From an uncultured virus (IMG/VR IMGVR_UViG_3300035701_000017) (taxonomy: Duplodnaviria > Heunggongvirae > Uroviricota > Caudoviricetes), in the IMG/VR virus record IMGVR_UViG_3300035701_000017: DNA of 20,000 nt; one strand, given 5' to 3'. Position numbers and translations under genes: made by a program. The notes beneath the pieces were generated by a model, which made no database searches, was not told the origin of the DNA, and saw only the letters and a program-made list of their open reading frames with translations. Every line of letters begins with the position of its first letter. Within the stretch, counting starts at the first letter, position 1. Positions 17,051-20,000 of the stretch are shown here, in pieces.

Positions 17051-18283
17051 TTATCTATATAATAATCTTAATACTACACTATCTACCGACAAATACCAAT
17101 CAAGCGCGTTGAAATTTGCACCCATAACCATGCCCCAATTATTATTGGTTCCATTGATCCAACCCTGTACCAAGTTTTTAATTAAATCACTTACATTAAT
17201 AAATTCGTAAGTTCCAGTTAATTGTACAGAAAGACTGGCTAACTGAGTAGCCCAAGCAGTCACTGCAAAATCTGTAAATATAGGTGGGGAACTCCAAGAA
17301 GCTGGATTTGTTTTATCTTGTGTATATAAATACCCAGTCCCGGCAAGAGTATTAGTTCCTTTAGAAGAACTAACAAACTTTAAAGAAGCTTCATATATTG
17401 TTTTGTTTGCATATTCTGACCATGTATTCCATTTTAATAATGTTTCATAATTGTAACCTACTCCAGCAGTCCTGGAATATTCACCTATTTGACCAGTATT
17501 ATTTGCGTGGCTTACGGCTGAAAAATTATGATAATCCAACCAGCCTCTAACATCTGGTGATAATTCTGCAAGTAATTTCCAATATGGGGTTAATGGCTCA
17601 ATATAAGTCGGTGATCCAGATGGTGTACCATGAAAATTATTACCACCACAATCAATAATAGAAGAAGCAACAGTTGCAGTAGCTCCAACGTGTTTTTCAT
17701 CCATCTTCCATCTCGCATATAAATTACTCACAATGCTATCTTCGCCCTCACTATAAAATATTGTTGTCATTTCACTTAATGACAAAGCTCTAGTATATAT
17801 CCTAACATCATCAATGGGCCCTGTAAAATTCTGATTTACTACTGGAGCCTCACCTATATAAGTACTAACACTTGCATCAATTGCAACATTACCACTTTTA
17901 GCAACAGTTGCAGCTTCTATATTATCTACATATATTTTTAAGGTAGAAGTCATGCCAATCATACCATACCATAGTACCACGAATCTTTCGACATTTGCCG
18001 TTAAAAAAGATAGAGGGTCTGTAGCTAGTAATGTAGTTGTCGTTGTACCAGTTTTTAGTCTCACTCTTATTTTTTGATAAGTAGACAATAAAATATCAAT
18101 ACTCCACCAAACACCAGATTCAGCTGAACTATTCCTTTTAGATATTACTGTAGCACCATTAACATCAAAGTTTTCTGGTTTAATCCATGCGCAAATAGTC
18201 AAAGCACTAGTACTAGCCGGAACGTCTAAAGTTCCTAAACTTACCTTTGTTGCTCCTCCGGTTCCTAAAAATCTCAACGGCAT
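17051..18283 (-). CDS. LamG/concanavalin-like domain protein with C-terminal DNRLRE-like domain (putative receptor-binding/tail protein)
   Basis: LTICAWIKP...LKIYVDN...YIG...FTGPIDDVRIYTRALSLSE (Laminin_G_3). C-terminal LLKW...IYEASLKF...LVQGWINGTNNNWGMVM. Confidence 0.75.
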   Translation of the reverse strand: MPLRFLGTGGATKVSLGTLDVPASTSALTICAWIKPENFDVNGATVISKRNSSAESGVWWSIDILLSTYQKIRVRLKTGTTTTTLLATDPLSFLTANVERFVVLWYGMIGMTSTLKIYVDNIEAATVAKSGNVAIDASVSTYIGEAPVVNQNFTGPIDDVRIYTRALSLSEMTTIFYSEGEDSIVSNLYARWKMDEKHVGATATVASSIIDCGGNNFHGTPSGSPTYIEPLTPYWKLLAELSPDVRGWLDYHNFSAVSHANNTGQIGEYSRTAGVGYNYETLLKWNTWSEYANKTIYEASLKFVSSSKGTNTLAGTGYLYTQDKTNPASWSSPPIFTDFAVTAWATQLASLSVQLTGTYEFINVSDLIKNLVQGWINGTNNNWGMVMGANFNALDWYLSVDSVVLRLLYR

Positions 18284-18297
18284 ATTTACCTCACAAG

Positions 18298-20000
18298 TTA
18301 AGAAAATACTACTCTAATGAAGAGTAAATTAAAATCTGCAACAAGTGTATCACCTGCTGCAGCCGGATATCTTGTTAACTCAAACTGAGCAACCCTTCCT
18401 GCAGTTAAAGTTAATGAAGAAATTGCTACCGTTTGTGTCAAATAATGAAAATAAACATCGGTATTGATTGTTAATGTATTGAGACTATACCTAGCTGTCC
18501 AAGATGCCACTACAGCATTATCTGGCATATCTCGAGTATAAAGAGCCATAACAACACCCTTAGACACTCCCGGTGCTGTAGCAGCTTTCCCTATTATTGA
18601 GATAGTCATGTTAACTGCATTCGTTGGAATTTCTAAAACAAATCCCACTCCTTCTTCAGTAGTATCATCAAAAGCTCTTACCCGCAAACCATTATTAGTA
18701 TTGTCAGGTATTAATGGAGCAAGCACATTTATTGTCCAGTTTGCATTATTCGGTGAATCAAAATCTTTTGCTCGTAAATGATGCTCTTGCTTTAACGGCA
18801 CATCTGGAATACCAGTAACCCCCTGCACACCAGTATTTCCTTGTAAACCCTGTATACCAGTATTACCTTGTAAACCCTGCACACCAGTATTGCCTTGTAA
18901 GCCCTGCACACCAGTATTACCTTGTATACCCTGTATACCAGTATTACCTTGTAAACCCTGCACACCAGTATTACCTTGTAAACCCTGTATACCAGTATTG
19001 CCTTGTATACCCTGCACGCCAGTGCTACCTTGTGTCCCTTGCACACCAGTTTCACCTTGTGCACCATTATTTCCAATAGAAACTAACAAATTCCATTTAT
19101 CAGGATTTTCAGACGGTGGATAACCTGAATTTGCAGCAATACATATATACGAACTTCCCAATTCTTGAACAGCATCGTCAACTGCATAATTAGTATGCAT
19201 GGACCAATCACCCAACCAATTTAATCCTTTTAGTCCTGTTATACCTTGAACGCCCGTTGCGCCTTGTATACCAGTATCTCCTTGCACACCTGTAGCTCCC
19301 AATCCTGGATCACCCGTTATACCTTGAATTCCAGTAATGCCATTATAGCCTGTTATACCCCGAATTCCTGTCTCTCCCTGTATCCCATCAATTCCTGTTA
19401 TCCCTTGTAAACCCGTCTGTCCTTGCAAACCATCAATACCTGTTATGCCTCGTAAACCTGTTAAACCTTGTACTCCTGTTGTGCCCTGTAAACCATCGAT
19501 GCCTGTCAATCCTTGCAAGCCATCAATACCTGTTATTCCCTGTTCTCCTGTCAATCCTTGCAAGCCATCAATACCTGTTATTCCTTGCACTCCCGTTGTG
19601 CCCTGCAAGCCATCGATACCTGTTATTCCCTGTTCTCCTGTTATACCTTGCAAGCCATCAATACCTGTTATTCCTTGTACTCCTGTCAATCCTTGCAAGC
19701 CATCAATACCTGTTATTCCTTGTACTCCCGTCAATCCTTGCAAGCCATCAATACCTGTTATTCCTTGCACTCCCGTTGTGCCCTGCAAGCCATCAATACC
19801 TGTTATTCCTTGCACTCCCGTTGTGCCCTGCAAGCCATCAATACCTGTTATTCCTTGTGCTCCCGTTGTGCCTTGCAAGCCATCAATACCTGTTATTCCT
19901 TGTGCTCCCGTTGTGCCTTGCAAGCCATCAATACCTGTTATTCCTTGTACTCCCGTTGTGCCCTGTAAACCATCGATACCTGTTATTCCTTGTGCTCCCG
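18298..20000 (-). CDS. Collagen-like fibre protein (5' end outside window) with internal CBM5/12-like module and C-terminal globular domain
   Basis: The frame stays open to 20000, so the TTG at 19923 is not the start. Long G-X-Y runs; W.GDW....Y...D.V...GSSYIC......PP.....W module between two collagen blocks. Confidence 0.88.
   Translation of the reverse strand, partial: GAQGITGIDGLQGTTGVQGITGIDGLQGTTGAQGITGIDGLQGTTGAQGITGIDGLQGTTGVQGITGIDGLQGTTGVQGITGIDGLQGLTGVQGITGIDGLQGLTGVQGITGIDGLQGITGEQGITGIDGLQGTTGVQGITGIDGLQGLTGEQGITGIDGLQGLTGIDGLQGTTGVQGLTGLRGITGIDGLQGQTGLQGITGIDGIQGETGIRGITGYNGITGIQGITGDPGLGATGVQGDTGIQGATGVQGITGLKGLNWLGDWSMHTNYAVDDAVQELGSSYICIAANSGYPPSENPDKWNLLVSIGNNGAQGETGVQGTQGSTGVQGIQGNTGIQGLQGNTGVQGLQGNTGIQGIQGNTGVQGLQGNTGVQGLQGNTGIQGLQGNTGVQGVTGIPDVPLKQEHHLRAKDFDSPNNANWTINVLAPLIPDNTNNGLRVRAFDDTTEEGVGFVLEIPTNAVNMTISIIGKAATAPGVSKGVVMALYTRDMPDNAVVASWTARYSLNTLTINTDVYFHYLTQTVAISSLTLTAGRVAQFELTRYPAAAGDTLVADFNLLFIRVVFS
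18820..19020. repeat. 27-bp coding tandem repeat (GNTG[VI]QG[LI]Q), about 7 units
   Basis: Recurring ccagtattaccttgtaaaccctg(c/t)a(c/t)a units. Confidence 0.85.
19485..20000. repeat. 45-bp coding tandem repeat (QG[TL]TG[AVE]QGITGIDGL), more than 11 units, continuing beyond the window
   Basis: Recurring caagccatcaatacctgttattccttg(c/t)actcccgttgtgccctg units. Confidence 0.92.

Noticed and set aside
18792..19968. Alternative-frame and plus-strand repetitive ORFs (18792-19076, 18890-19123, 19513-19968), or a CRISPR array
   Set aside because: By-products of the collagen tandem repeats. Units are contiguous multiples of 9 bp with no unique spacers.
1..20000. Stop-codon reassignment as seen in some large phages
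   Set aside because: Standard code gives dense, full-length genes, and TAA, TGA and TAG all occur as plausible stops.

Overview
AT-rich window in which every credible gene lies on the minus strand, tightly packed, with several ATGA stop/start overlaps. It reads as the virion-structure region of a large bacteriophage or prophage (inference; no capsid, portal or terminase gene is present). In transcription order: a collagen-like fibre protein (5'-truncated), a LamG-like protein, a glycoside-hydrolase-like/collagen protein, a 1472-aa multi-glycosyltransferase/TPR/methyltransferase fusion, a family of small paralogous Ig-like proteins, a putative head-tail adaptor gene, a Zn-ribbon-rich PD-(D/E)XK endonuclease, an InPase-domain protein, a HAD hydrolase, a large FN3/neck-type protein and an Ig-like protein. 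The main discovery is a fractured gene. The putative adaptor is split into two ORFs (7892-8395 and 5590-6888) carrying the halves of an atypically split Ser1/Ser+1 intein (32-aa IntN, 130-aa IntC). The second ORF also holds a contiguous 140-aa mini-intein. Between the halves lies a decayed Zn-ribbon/Vsr(DUF559)-like endonuclease gene, with a -1 frameshift at T_TTA_AAC and a catalytic core apparently overwritten by an exact 81-bp copy of its own upstream sequence. A second, intact endonuclease gene downstream has its ribosome-binding site inside a predicted hairpin. All family assignments come from motif recognition by eye; no searches were run.
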